Source of the DNA: Eledone cirrhosa
Taxonomy: Eukaryota
Assembly (NCBI GenBank): GCA_964016885.1
Contig: OZ024740.1
Location: 227,912,001-227,976,000, forward strand
Direction: 5' to 3'
Length of the DNA stretch: 64,000 nucleotides
The notes under the pieces are model-generated. The model did not search any database, had not been told where the DNA came from, and saw only the letters and a list, made by a program, of their open reading frames with translations. Below are positions 13,092 to 25,389 of this stretch, in pieces. The first letter of the stretch is position 1. Every line of letters begins with the position of its first letter. A program made the translations under genes and the position numbers.

Positions 13092-13467
13092 ACATATGTG
13101 TATGTGTGTGTACACATGTGTGTAAACAATACAACAGTCTTTTTGCGGGTAGTCCCCAAGTCAAATTTTCATTTTTCACTTTTCAATTTTTCAACTTGCT
13201 TAGCTGGATCGGCCGTTGTTTCCCTTGTACAACATCGGGGGAGAGAGGATCCTGGTATGAATGAGCAACTGGTGGTGTTCCACAAAACACCTTGCCCATA
13301 TTTATGACCTGGAGAGGTATTTTCTAGGTTCATAGCCATGCATAGTCAGTCATGGCCGAAAGGAGCCTTTCATTTTTATATTCTTCTCTGCGATTTTATA
13401 TACCTAAAGGAAACCCTCCTTCGCTCCACACATTCGTCTGAATTGAAAATAAATCATTGGTGGTAAG

Positions 13468-13726
13468 CAGAGGCGTAACTAGGGAAAATAGCGACTATGG
13501 CAAGCAAAGAAATTGCTCTCCTTCCCAAACATCTGACACCCATGATCCAGCCACCATAGTGCTTCTCACCCATGATAATCAAAGACAGATTAAACACCCG
13601 AAGGAGTTTCTTTTTTCACTCTTGGACGATAGCTTATTTGACTTAAATAGAAAGTGCGCCTAGTCCATGTGACGCCACCCCACTTCACATGCCGTGCTTG
13701 CTATCTATACCCTAGTTACGTCTCTG
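13468..13726. mobile_element. hAT (Tip100-like) MITE
   Basis: TIRs cagaggcgtaactaggg / ccctagttacgtctctg. 8-bp TSD gtggtaag / gtagtaag. Confidence 0.85.
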
Positions 13727-14671
13727 GTAGTAAGTGACTCAGTATTTTTTTTTTTGTACTTTTTACTGGTGCCAAATATATTGCTTTAGAACTCTTTGAA
13801 TTACATTCACGAAACTAAAATTATAATTCTAAATAATCCATAATTTTTTTATTTAAAAGGAAAAGAGAGAGAATAAAAATTGATTTACGTCATGGATTGC
13901 ATATCTTTTTGTGCATCTAGACAAACGTAGGTCCATAAACATATTATTGCTTCACTATCATATACTATCAATAATATTCTATTGTCTTTTTTATTGATTG
14001 GAAATTCGATCAGTATATTCAAAGAAAGCTCTTTTAATAACCAACGATTCATTGTCTGTTCAGCGACGAGGCAGATACTGTTAACATGTATCATTATAGT
14101 TGTTAATGCAGTTATAATTCTAAATAGTTCATTTAAATTATCTAAAATTATTCATTTAACACTTTCGTTACCATATTTCTAATGAAAGACACTGTGTATG
14201 ATTTTTCAACTAATTTTGAAAATAACCAAAAATTTAGTAATATTACTAAGTTTCTCATTATTTACTGTGAATTGGCTAACATGCCTTGTCAAACACCATG
14301 AATTACATGAAGGGTACACGTGTCAGTGGAATGTTCAGCCATTTGCACGTTAAGGCAGTTTCGTTGATCGAACAACTGGAACCAACGCTGTTCTACACAC
14401 ATGTATATAGGATGGTCTGCCGTTACAATAACATTGAATTTGCAGGCCATGTCCGAATCGAATCGGTCCTTTTTTAAATTTCTATGTTTGTGTTGGCTGT
14501 AATACCTGTTTTCTTATATAACTAATTCTTAAATTAACACCTGATGAAATCGCATGAAGTCTTGCATCATAATCGGATGATGAAACTGGGCCATCGAAAT
14601 ATATAAAGCGTTTTCGCGGAATTAAAATTCTAAAGAAAGTTTCCAGTCTGTCCTTTTGTTGTTTTTAACGA

Positions 14672-14736
<65 letters not shown>

Positions 14737-15186
14737 CTCCATTGAATGCAATAACACCTTTACTGTGCTTATGCAAAGCATTTATTTATTTCTGGGACCG
14801 TTCCTTCAGCAATTGTCGAAACCGGCGCAATGATTTATCTACCACTTCTTCTAATGAAGTGAAAACAAATTTTCAAAGATGTTACTTTCATAACTTGAAC
14901 ACCCAACGATGGCACAAATTTATGTCGAGACAATCATTGACACTCTTCTCCTCTGGAAAAATCTTTTGTGGATTGAGCAGTTCGATGCGTGTATTATAAA
15001 CTCACAAGAATTACAGCAAAATAACTATGCATGGACCTGTGACAAAATACAGCATTCATACAGAATATCACACGTATACAACACACTTCCAATTTCAACT
15101 ATTAACTACATTTACTGCTATATACGGCACACAATCTACTATTCTAAAGACTTTATTGCCACGCCAAGTATATATGTGTTTGTGTT

Positions 15187-15218
<32 letters not shown>

Positions 15219-15248
15219 GATAGAGAGAGAGAGATGTGTGTGTATGCG

Positions 15249-15282
<34 letters not shown>

Positions 15283-16227
15283 TATATGGATCCCTGAGAT
15301 GAAATTGTGTAAGTTATCCTTTTTCGCCGTAGCCCGAACACCAAATTAAGTTAAGCGAAATGTTTAACCATGAGTTAAATTTCAGCTATATATATTTGAC
15401 GAGAATTCCTGTTATACACACATCAGGAAATAGTTCAAATCTTGAAAACTACTCTAGATTTCTGCATGCTATTTACATTGTTTAACTGGCCTTCTTTTCA
15501 CTGTTGCGCCTGTCTTATTACTTACCATTTAAAAAGAAAAAAGAAATCGATGAAAAGTAAATTGGACATTTTTTTTTTTTTTTTTTTTTTGTGAAATTAT
15601 CCTGATTTGGATATTTTTCATAATTTTGCGACGAGACGTTAATTTTGTATTGAGAAGAAATCATGAAATCTTTTCTCAATTCGAACTTGACATTTTGTAG
15701 AATGAGAGAGAGAGAGTAGGAAATTGAAAAAATAGGATTTTTCTAGAATTTCCTTTTCTTTTGTGTGTATGTGTATGTCAGTGTGGGTGTGAGGTAGGAT
15801 TGAAGAAAAGGACGAAGCTAGTTTCCGCCTTCATTCCACAAACACGTTTCTTTCAAAAGAAGGAGAGAGAGAGACCGATAGATGGAGAGAAGGGGGGGGG
15901 GGGCAGACAGACAGACAGACGGAGAGAAGTGCTTTGGTATGTTAATTTTAACAGTCAGTGGACTGAAGTGAATCAGAACGAAATTGAAGTGAATGTTACG
16001 TTACAAGGTGCTTAGCCCCTGGATAATAATATATAAGTAAATTTTCAGATATTTTCACAATAATAGCAACACAGGAAATTACTGAAGAAAACCAAGTAAG
16101 ATTCTATGTGGTAGCTTAGCCTGTTAGCAATAGCAGCTAAATTTCCCTTAAATCATACCCAACTATCTTTTTATTCAACAACTTTCAATTAAATTATATA
16201 ATGTTTGCAATAATCTTTTTAAAATAA

Positions 16228-16566
16228 TATTGTTTCTACTTTTGGTACAAGGCCAGCAATTATTCCAATGCATTACTGGTACTTTATTTTATCGACCCCG
16301 TAAGGATTAAAGGCAAAGTTAACCTCGACGGGATTTGAACTCATGGCATCCGACCCTCTACCAATACTGCTAATCCACTGCCCTTTTTAAAAATAATAAT
16401 TGTTTCTACGTTAGGCACAAGGCCAGTAATTACCCAGTACATTAACTGGTACTTTATTTTATCGACCCCGTATGGATGAAAGGCAAAGTTAACCTCGGCA
16501 AGATTTGAACTCAGAATGGCAAGGGCCGTAACTCTATGCGTCAAAGCATGGCGTCCGACCCTCTAC
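16228..16566 (-). mobile_element. Two tandem tRNA-derived SINEs
   Basis: A-box-like tggcagtatcgg/tagcagtattgg, B box gagttcaaatc and body ggggtcgataaaataaagtaccagt. Confidence 0.85.
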
Positions 16567-16620
16567 TTTTGATTTAGGCACAAAGCCAATAATTTTGGAG
16601 AGAGGGGGAAAGTCGATTAA

Positions 16621-16812
16621 CCCTTTAGCATTTACACTATTGTATTTTCACGGTAAACACTTTATTTCACATAATTATCTCACATAATATCGAATCTACA
16701 AGATTTCGATATTTATTTTGAGAACAATACCTTAACATAAGTTTATGGCCGGTTTGAACAGAAAGATGTGAGAGAATTCCGGCCGCATACGGCCGGTTTA
16801 AATGCTAAAGGG
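16621..16812. mobile_element. piggyBac-type MITE inside a SINE
   Basis: TTAA-ccctttagcattta ... taaatgctaaaggg-(c/t)taa. Confidence 0.85.
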
Positions 16813-16818
16813 CTAAAT

Positions 16819-16982
16819 CAGGCATGGGCAACCTTTTTCAAGCAGTGGGCCGCATAGGATGTGGCTTATCATATTGCGAGCCGCACTACTAAAAAATTCA
16901 AGGTAGTTTTGGAATTAGGCGTGCCATTCAGAAAGCCAAACGGGTCACATGCTACTCGCGGGCCGCAGTTTGCTCATGACTG
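16819..16982. mobile_element. hAT (Charlie-like) MITE
   Basis: TIRs caggcatgggcaac / gtttgctcatgactg. 8-bp TSD ggctaaat / ggttaaat. Internal gcgggccgca motifs. Confidence 0.8.
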
Positions 16983-17004
16983 GGTTAAATCGACCCCAGT
17001 GCCA

Positions 17005-17137
17005 CTGAAGGAGAGATGAAGACCTGGCAACACACATGAGGTACCATCCAAAAGCTGGCCCAAGACAGACATGAGTGGAAGACCATCGTTCCTGTCCTAC
17101 ATGTCAGTGAGCATAACGGGCAGTAATTGTAATAGTA
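17005..17137 (+). mobile_element. RTE LINE 3' tail fragment
   Basis: Translates as ..IQKLAQDRHEWKTIV..LHVSEHNGQ*, followed by a short repeat tail. It interrupts a SINE. Confidence 0.55.
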
Positions 17138-18699
17138 TATTACTGGTACTTTATTTTATCGACCCCGTAAGGATGAAAGGCAAATCTACCATGTGTCCTG
17201 GAGGCCGAAGGTTTATTATTATTTTTTTGGTGGATTGGCAGTATCGGTAGAGGGTCGGACGCCATGCTTTGCAGCATAGAGTTACGTCCCTTTACGGACT
17301 GAGTTCAAATCCCGCCGAGGTTAACTTTGCCTTTCAGGCGATATCCAATTTTAGCTGCCTAAATGCCGCTTACTTGCTGCAATTGCTGCTTACTTCAATG
17401 TATGAGGCTATTCCAACAAATTTACATTCCCCCCCTTTTTTTAGCCGTTAAAAGAAATATAGATTTATTTATTGTTTTTTTTTTTTGCGATTTATTTGCC
17501 ACTGGGGCATAGATTTCTTTATTTGCCCCTTTTTTGTTTGTTTGTTTGTTTTTTGCGATTTATTAGCCTTTTGGGGTCACACACACCCCCGTAGAAAGTG
17601 TGCGACCTTTCTGCCAGGGAGCACAGAGAGAGGGGGGTGCTCCCTTCTTCTCTTACCTGTACAAGCCGATATAGAGAGATGGCCCACTTACACGGGCCAT
17701 TATTGCTACTTTCACCCATCTTTCATGGAATTGGCTGGGACTGAGTGCCTTTTTCTCTACCTTGATCCTTCTTTCGAAGTGGTATCGGAAGAAGAGGACC
17801 ATTTGTTGGCCGGCGACATATCCCCACAGTTTCCTCGTTGCAAACGCATCTGGGACATTTCTTTTCCAAGGGGTTTCCGTCCCGGAATCCGTGTCTGTAG
17901 AGCCTTTCCCGAACGGGCAGGGCCCCTCGGTATAATAGTAAGTATTAGTGGTTGTAATAAAAAATGCAATCAAAATGTAATAAATACCTTCACTGATTTC
18001 TTTCCTTATATTATCAACAGAAGTTGGTATGTCACCCAAAGTTCGCTTTGTATGTTCCCGAATAGCAGTGAATTTTGATAAAACTGTTTCTAATTCCTTC
18101 TCCACAGTAAGACAAATATCCATGTGTAGTCCAAAAAGATATAAATCTTTAAAAAAATTATAATAATTCTTTATTATTATTTTCTTTTTCTGTAAATAAT
18201 TATCATTATCTATAAAAGGCAGATTTTTGTGTCTGTATGTATGTTTCAATTTTATACATTTACACAATTCCAAAAATATTGAATGAATAATTAAGCAGAA
18301 TGTTTACAAATATTCTAACTTGGGTCATGGGCGAACTTATTGGGTAAAAAATGCCCCAATTACGGAAAAATCGATTTATTTCAACAATCGATGATTTCTC
18401 CTCTCTCATATGATATACGTTTCCTATATCTACTCCCTTCATCACCTCCCCTTAAAATTGCTACCTTCTCTTATAAGTGTTTGTGAAAAAGAGAAACATT
18501 GAAAAAAAACATATACACACATATATGTGGGTGCATACACACACATATATGTTGGTATGGTTACGATTGACGTCATAGAAACAGGAACGCGGGAATTTCA
18601 ATCAATCAACCCATACACAGTTTGTTTTAGAAATAACAATAGCATATTATGATAGGGAGGGATATAATGATAAAGAGGGAAAGAGAAACAAACAGACAC

Positions 18700-19033
18700 A
18701 CTAAAAGACGGATATATGTGTGTGTGTTTGTATTAGCGCGTTCAAACTCCATTTCGAAGCTGACTTTCATTTACTAAACTGTAAGTTTTTCAATCGGCCT
18801 TACACTTTCAAACTATATTTTTCTGTATAAGTAACTTTAACCCTTTATTTTCGACATAAAAATATACACATACATACAAAGACCTGTAAAGTTTTTTTGG
18901 GGGCCTTTCTTATCAATCTTTTTACATTCAATTATCAGCCTTATAATTTCAAAGTCAATTTTTATGTTGAAGTAACTTTCAACCTTTAATACATACATAC
19001 ATACATACATACATACATACATACATACATACA

Positions 19034-19065
<32 letters not shown>

Positions 19066-21173
19066 CACACATACATACAAATACCTGTCACTTAATTATC
19101 ACACACATCGGCCTTACACTTTCATACACACATACATACAAATACCTGTCACTTAATTTACACACACATCGGCCTTACTCTTTCAAACTAAATTTTTCTG
19201 TAGAAGTAACTTTAACCCTTTCTTTTAGACATAAAAATACACACATACATATACCTGTAATTTTTTTTTGGGGGGGCCTTTCTTATCAATCTTTTTACAT
19301 TCAATTATCAGCCTTATACTTTCAAAGTCAATTTTTATGTTGAAGTAACTTTCACCCTTTATTTTTCGATACCCATTTACTTACTAACATTTGTATCACA
19401 ACAACAATAACAATATTCATAAACAGTCAGTAGACTTTCAAAGTCAATTTTTCTGTAGAAGTAACTTTCACCCTTTCTTTTGGACATAAAATGCCACCTA
19501 AAAAGAGAAGTCGCCTCAGTCGACATACCGCGTCAGTAGTGGCGCAAAAGGCTACTATAGCAAACGAGTCCTCTGAGGAAAATGCTTCAAGACTTTCACA
19601 GACAGCCTTATGTTCAGCAGAATGTCGAGCCGCTGAAAGTTTCCAACAGCGCACCGCACGCCTAGCCAAAATGGCTTCATACCAGGCTTCTTCAAAGGCT
19701 TCAGAGAGCCGTGAACAAAGGTCGAAGCACCTGGCTAGAAACGATGCGACTAATGCTGCTTCCAGGTCTTTGGAACGTTTTAAACAACGGACGGCTCGCC
19801 TTCCTACGAACGCTGGGGCTATGACTACTTCCATGGCTTCTGAAGATGCAGACGGGCGGTCCATTAGCATTGCAAATGTTGCTTCTGCTATTGCTGCCAG
19901 ACCTTCCCACCAACCACACGACCAATGTTCTACGTTCAAGCGTAACAGTCGACGGCGAGAAGCTGCACGCGGTGTGACGTTGCGTTGTCCGTTGCATCGT
20001 CCGGGATCGCTGCTACTTTGCTGCCGGGAGGCAGGACAGCACATTCAACCTTTAAACTCCCTTTGGATTTAGTAAAAACTGAGACACCAACATGCAATAT
20101 CAGCAAGAGTTCACACAAAGCTATGGTTCTCAAAATATGTTTCCTCATTGTTTGGGATGAGTGCACAATGAAACACAAGGGTGCCCTTGAGGCATTGGAC
20201 AAGGTCCGGAAAGACATTAGGGATTCTACGGCTCCTATGGGTGACGTAACCCTTCTGCTATCAGGGGATTTTCGGAAAACGCTGCCTGTCATCCCCAAAT
20301 GGACAAGAGCTGATGAAGTGCGTGCCTGTCTTAAGTCGTCCATGTTGTGGCTCCAGGTGAATAGTTTGTACCTGAGCACAAATATGCGTGCTCATTTGCA
20401 TGGTGACAACATGTCTGCAGCACAGAACATTTTAGCACTTGGTGAGGGCAAGGTCCCTGCGGATGACAAGGGCGGCATAGCAATCGACACCCTGTTCAAC
20501 ATTGTGAGCAGCCCTTCTGACCTTTGGGAAGCAGTTTTTCCTAATGTCTCATCTAACTTTAAAAACCTCGATTGGCTCAGCGAAAGAGCCATTCTTGCTC
20601 CGAAAAATACCATGGTTAATTTTATTAACGAGCAGCTAATTGAGAAGATTCCCGGTAAAGAGCACATCTTCAAATCAGACCCCGACGATATCGTTAATTA
20701 TCCGGTTGAGTTATTAAATCTCCTTCAGTCCCCAGGGCTCCCACCTCACATTATTAAGCTTAGGGTTGGCTGTCCCATTATGCTAATAAGGAACTTGCGT
20801 CCACCAAAGCAGTGCAACGGTACTCGCATGGTCGTCAAGTCACTGACACCCACTTGATTGAGGCCACCATTGTAACGGGGTGCGGGAGAGGGGAGAATGT
20901 TTTCATTCCAAGGATGAACCTTTTCCCCTCGGCGTCACATATCCCGTTCGATTTCCGGCGATCACAATTCCCGGTCTACTAAATTCGCTATTGGAAGATT
21001 ATTAACCCATCATTGATTGACCAAAATGCTAATTGGTTCGTAACTTTTAATAACCGGTTCAACTGCTTTATGCACTTAATTGATAAGCTTATTCGCTTTC
21101 AAACCACGTTTACCTGTATGTAACTTTTCATAGCAAATGAACAAACCCGAGCAACGCCGGGCTAAACTGCTAG
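18700..21173 (+). mobile_element. Internally deleted Helitron (5' boundary approximate)
   Basis: RepHel N-terminal repeats and Pif1 helicase motifs. 3' hairpin cccgagcaacgccggg followed by CTAG (21170-21173) and then T. Confidence 0.88.
19491..20975 (+). pseudogene. Helitron RepHel remnant: N-terminus fused to Pif1-family helicase, Rep domain absent
   Basis: MPPKKRS..ESREQRS..RL repeats, then VASSGIAATLLPGGRTAHSTFKLP, IVWDECTM, GDFRKTLPV, RAILAPKN and PIMLIRNL..CNGTR. Confidence 0.9.
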
Positions 21174-21457
21174 TTTTTCTATATATCTCAAACCCTGCCA
21201 AACACCACATCTGTCCATCTGTAAATATAAATGACTGTTCTTTCATACTTATCCTCTTCAACTACACATGGATATTTGTCTTACTGTGGAGAAGGAATTA
21301 GAAACAGTTTTATCAAAATTCACTGCTATTCGGGAACATACAAAGCGAACTTTTGGTGACATACCAACTTCTGTTGATAATATAAGGAAAGAAATCAGTG
21401 AAAGTATTTATTACATTTTGATTGCATTTTTATTACAACCACTAATACTTACTATTA

Positions 21458-21800
21458 TACCGAGGGGCCCTGCCCGTTCGGGAAAGGCTCTACAGACACG
21501 GATTCCGGGACGGAAACCTCTTGGAAAAGAAATGTCCCAGATGCGTTTGCAACGAGGAAACTGTGGGGATATGTCGCCGGCCAACAAATGGTCCTCTTCT
21601 TCCGATACCACTTCGAAAGAAGGATCAAGGTAGAGAAAAAGGCACTCAGTCCCAGCCAATTCCATGAAAGATGGGTGAAAGTAGCAATAATGGCCCGTGT
21701 AAGTGGGCCATCTCTCTATATCGGCTTGTACAGGTAAGAGAAGAAGGGAGCACCCCCCTCTCTCTGTGCTCCCTGGCAGAAAGGTCGCACACTTTCTACG
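21458..21800 (+). pseudogene. Captured Tx1/L1 LINE 3' end inside the right TIR (mirror copy ~17590-17932, minus strand)
   Basis: YRGALPVRERLYRHG..CPRC and FFRYHFERRIKVEKKAL..FHERWVKVAIMARVSGPSL. Homologous to the C-terminus encoded at 42120-42611. Confidence 0.85.
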
Positions 21801-22304
21801 GGGGGGGGGGGGACCCCAAAAGGCTAATAAATCGCAAAAAAACAAACAAACAAACAAAAAAGGGGCAAATAAAAAATCTATGCCCCAGTGGCAAATAAAT
21901 CGCAAAAAAAAAAACAATAAATAAATCTATATTTCTTTTAACGGCTAAAAAAAGGGGGAATGTAAATTTGTTGGAATAGCCTCATACATTGAAGTAAGCA
22001 GCAATTGCAGCAAGTAAGCGGCATTTAGGCAGCTAAAATTGGATATCGCCGCTTTTCATCCTTACGGGGTCGATAAAATAAAGTAGCAGTAATATACTGA
22101 GTATTTGCTGGCCTTGTGCCAGAAGTAGACAATTATTTTTTTTCAAATTTTTGGTTGTCAAAATTAGGGTGCGTCCTCGAGGACGAAGTGTCTTCGGCGC
22201 CGGGAAATGCGGTACTTTATCTTATCGACCCCATAAGGATGATAGGCAAAGCTAACCTCGGCAAGGTTTGAACTCAGAACATAAAGGGGGGTCATTTTAA
22301 TTAA

Positions 22305-22725
22305 ATAATTGTTTCTACTATAGGCACAAGGCCAGCAATTGTGGGGGAGGGGAACATTCAATTAAATCGATCTCAGTGCATTACTGGTGCTTTATTTTAT
22401 CGACTCCGTAAGGATGAAAGGTTAAGGTAACCCCGGCGGGATTTGAACTCAGAACGTAAAAGGCCGTAACTCATGCTGCAAGTAGGGTGTCCGGCGATCC
22501 ACCGATACTGCCAATCTACCCCTATTATTTTAAATAAAGGGCGGTGGATTGGCAGTATCGGTATAGGGTCGGACGCCATGCTTTGACGCATAGAGTTACG
22601 GCCCTTGCCATTCTGAGTTCAAATCTCGCCGAGGTTAACTTTGCCTTTCATCCCTACGGGGTCGATAAAATAAAGTACCAGTAATGCACTGGGTAATCGC
22701 TGGCCTTGTGCCAAAAGTAGAAAAT
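22305..22725. mobile_element. Divergent (head-to-head) pair of tRNA-derived SINEs
   Basis: Minus copy ~22305-22520 and plus copy ~22538-22725, each with A/B boxes. Confidence 0.85.
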
Positions 22726-23994
22726 TATTTTAAATTAAATAATGAAAGTAAGGAGAAAGGAATAGAGACTGGCAGATTCTACATACCAGTCTGTGTGGCA
22801 TAACTCAGCTCTTGCCCTGCCAACAAAATGGCGAAAGCATTGCAACGGAGAACAGCCAACGAAACCATGGGTAGACGGAAACTGCACGGATGCCTGTCTG
22901 ATGGACTATATCTGTCAGCCTTGTTATACACTGTTTTTAGAAATATATTTACAGTTCATCGACATTTGAAATTACAAAAAAAAAAAAAAACGACAAAAAA
23001 AGAGAGACAAATTAAATAACAAATGTAAGAGAAAGTAGTGAGTGGTAGATTCTACACCCCTGTCAAGTGGCGGTGTATCTCAGCTACACCCCGTGGACAA
23101 AATTGCCGTTGCATCAGCTTCTCCACCTCTCGGGACTAGTTCTTCAGACGAGATTCCCACTTTCCGATTTAACGGAGGAAAACGGCAGTTAGGGGAGCGA
23201 GGACATCTGAGGAGGTCTCGACAGTGACCAGTACGAAAAGGAAGTGGTCGGCCAACAATCATATCGCTTTAAAAAAAAAAAAGAAAGGATGCATTATTTA
23301 ATATAGCCCAAGATACACCAAAGACGAGTTAATAACAGACAAAAGGTCTTTCAACAGGATTTGTCAGTCAGGTCTGGGTTGGACTGGGGATACTCGCAGA
23401 AATCACATCGATATTTACTTCAATAATATTATGAAATACATAACTATTATGAGAAGGTTTCCATGCAAAGCTGGTCATAAGCCCAAATCAGATGTAAAAT
23501 AAAGGCCCCCAAATATGGTATTAAGATCGAGGCAGACCTAAAGGCCGCGTGGCATAATAGTTAGAGTGTTAGAGTTGCGAAGGTAATGTCGAGTGTCCGA
23601 TTCTTGGACCGAGTAGTGCGTTGTGTTTTGGAACAAAACACTTCATTTTTCATATTTATTTTTCACGGTATGAAAGTAACAAATCAAAATTAAAAGCACT
23701 CTTTTGAAGGCTGTTTCGTTGGTGACGTCAGAATGTGACTGAAACATATTCGGAGTTGCCTACCGTACTTATAAGAACCGCTTTGAGACAGAAAAGAGAA
23801 ACATGCCTACTGATGGAGTCCAAACTATGTATCTATTGCTTTCTTTCCCCCTAACCATCAAAATTTACTGTAATAAGGTCCCTGGCTCAATTCCCTTTCG
23901 TGGCATCATTTACCATAACCTCAAATCAATTCAAGACTTCTGAGTGAAATTGGGTCGACACTAACTACTGGAAAAACCATCGGATAGTCTAGTC

Positions 23995-25339
23995 TAGAGG
24001 TTCTCAAAATGGACACTACTAAGAATTAACTCTAAGAATTAACTAAGTGAAATAGCGTAAAAATAAAGGCTTCGTTGGTTTAAGCTATTTTTATAAAGGA
24101 TGCCACAGAATGTACGATATATAATGATTACAATATTTTTTAGCAACAACTCTAGTCCCACACTTTTGAAGGTTTATTATAACATTCTGTGGCACTTTTG
24201 AGCTTGCGCATTTTTCATGTCTAGTTTAATATTTTTTTAAGGCAACGCTTGTAATAACTCTAGTTAAACAGGATATATATTAATAATAAATTATCGTTGT
24301 AATGTAATTAGATTATGTAATTGTTATTATAAATTATCTTATAAATATTAGTGTAAGATGTATAAAAATATTTTCAGACTTTTAATATAAACAACTACAA
24401 AAAACAATCAATATTAAATCAATATATTATACATAATAGAAAACATAAAATATACAATACAAAAACAAAATATTTACATACAATTGCAATTATCAGTGTA
24501 TATACATTTTCTTTATATTCCCTGAGCAAATTAATAAGATTTGTTTTTATTGTACATAATTTGATGACTTGTTGGAGTGTATTAAAAGATAGCAACGATT
24601 TGTGATTAAATTGTTATCTTAAGCAACTCACTTTTTAATAGTTGTTGGCTGAGCGAAATTGTAAAAGCCTATGAGCAAATATAAAAAAAAATACACAAAC
24701 AACATTTCCTTGTGTTATTACAACATTAGATAAAATAATTGAGCAATGTCGTTATATTTTGCTCTTATTGCACATTAATAGTGCTTCTATTTTTCGGCAC
24801 AAATCCATTACGGCAGTCCATTACTGGTACTTTATTTTATCGAATTAGTAAGTATGAAAGTCGAAGTTAACCTCGGCAGGATTTGAACTTAGAATGCAAA
24901 GGACCATAACAATACTGCAAAGCATGGTGTCTGACGCTCTACCAATACTTGTGTTGAGCTGGTCATTAATTTATGGTGGTCGTGCGTGGAGTAGAGCAAT
25001 CGCTAGTTGAAATATTATGAACAAAACATTTTTATTTGCCGAAGAACATATTTTCAATACTGTTTGTGAATGTGACGAAGGAAATACATTCTGATATGGA
25101 ACAGTGTACAAAGTGTGTCTGTGAATAACATAATGTTACCTCATGTTGTTGTCAAGACATAATGGATTTCGTATATCCAGTTAGAAGATGAAACCTAGCC
25201 ATCTCGGATTAGTTATATTTCATGCCATGTGTAAACGTGTTTGAGGATAGCAAAATATGCGCGTTAATTATAATAATTAGTTAATAATATTACAAAATAT
25301 ACCTAATTAAACTCTTTGCTTGAAATTTTATCATTCTTC

Positions 25340-25389
<50 letters not shown>

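Larger units (their letters stand above)
17337..22050. mobile_element. Non-autonomous Merlin-like DNA transposon with ~790-bp TIRs, inserted into a SINE
   Basis: TIRs 17337-18130 and 21261-22050 start GGCGATATCC. 8-bp TSD gcctttca / gcttttca. The flanks rejoin into one SINE (17228-17336 plus 22059-22135). Confidence 0.85.

Noticed and set aside
14545-14625. CUGAUGA...GAAA hammerhead candidate
   Set aside because: Stems I and II do not pair convincingly next to the core; at best a decayed copy.
15954-16095. Possible small exons (ttttaacag|..caag|gt and ttttcag|..accaa|gtaag)
   Set aside because: Only splice-like words with no recognisable protein. RNA-seq would be needed.
18260-18445. SIVEIN as a Merlin transposase VEIDE motif
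   Set aside because: The match is too short and no other DDE motifs are nearby.
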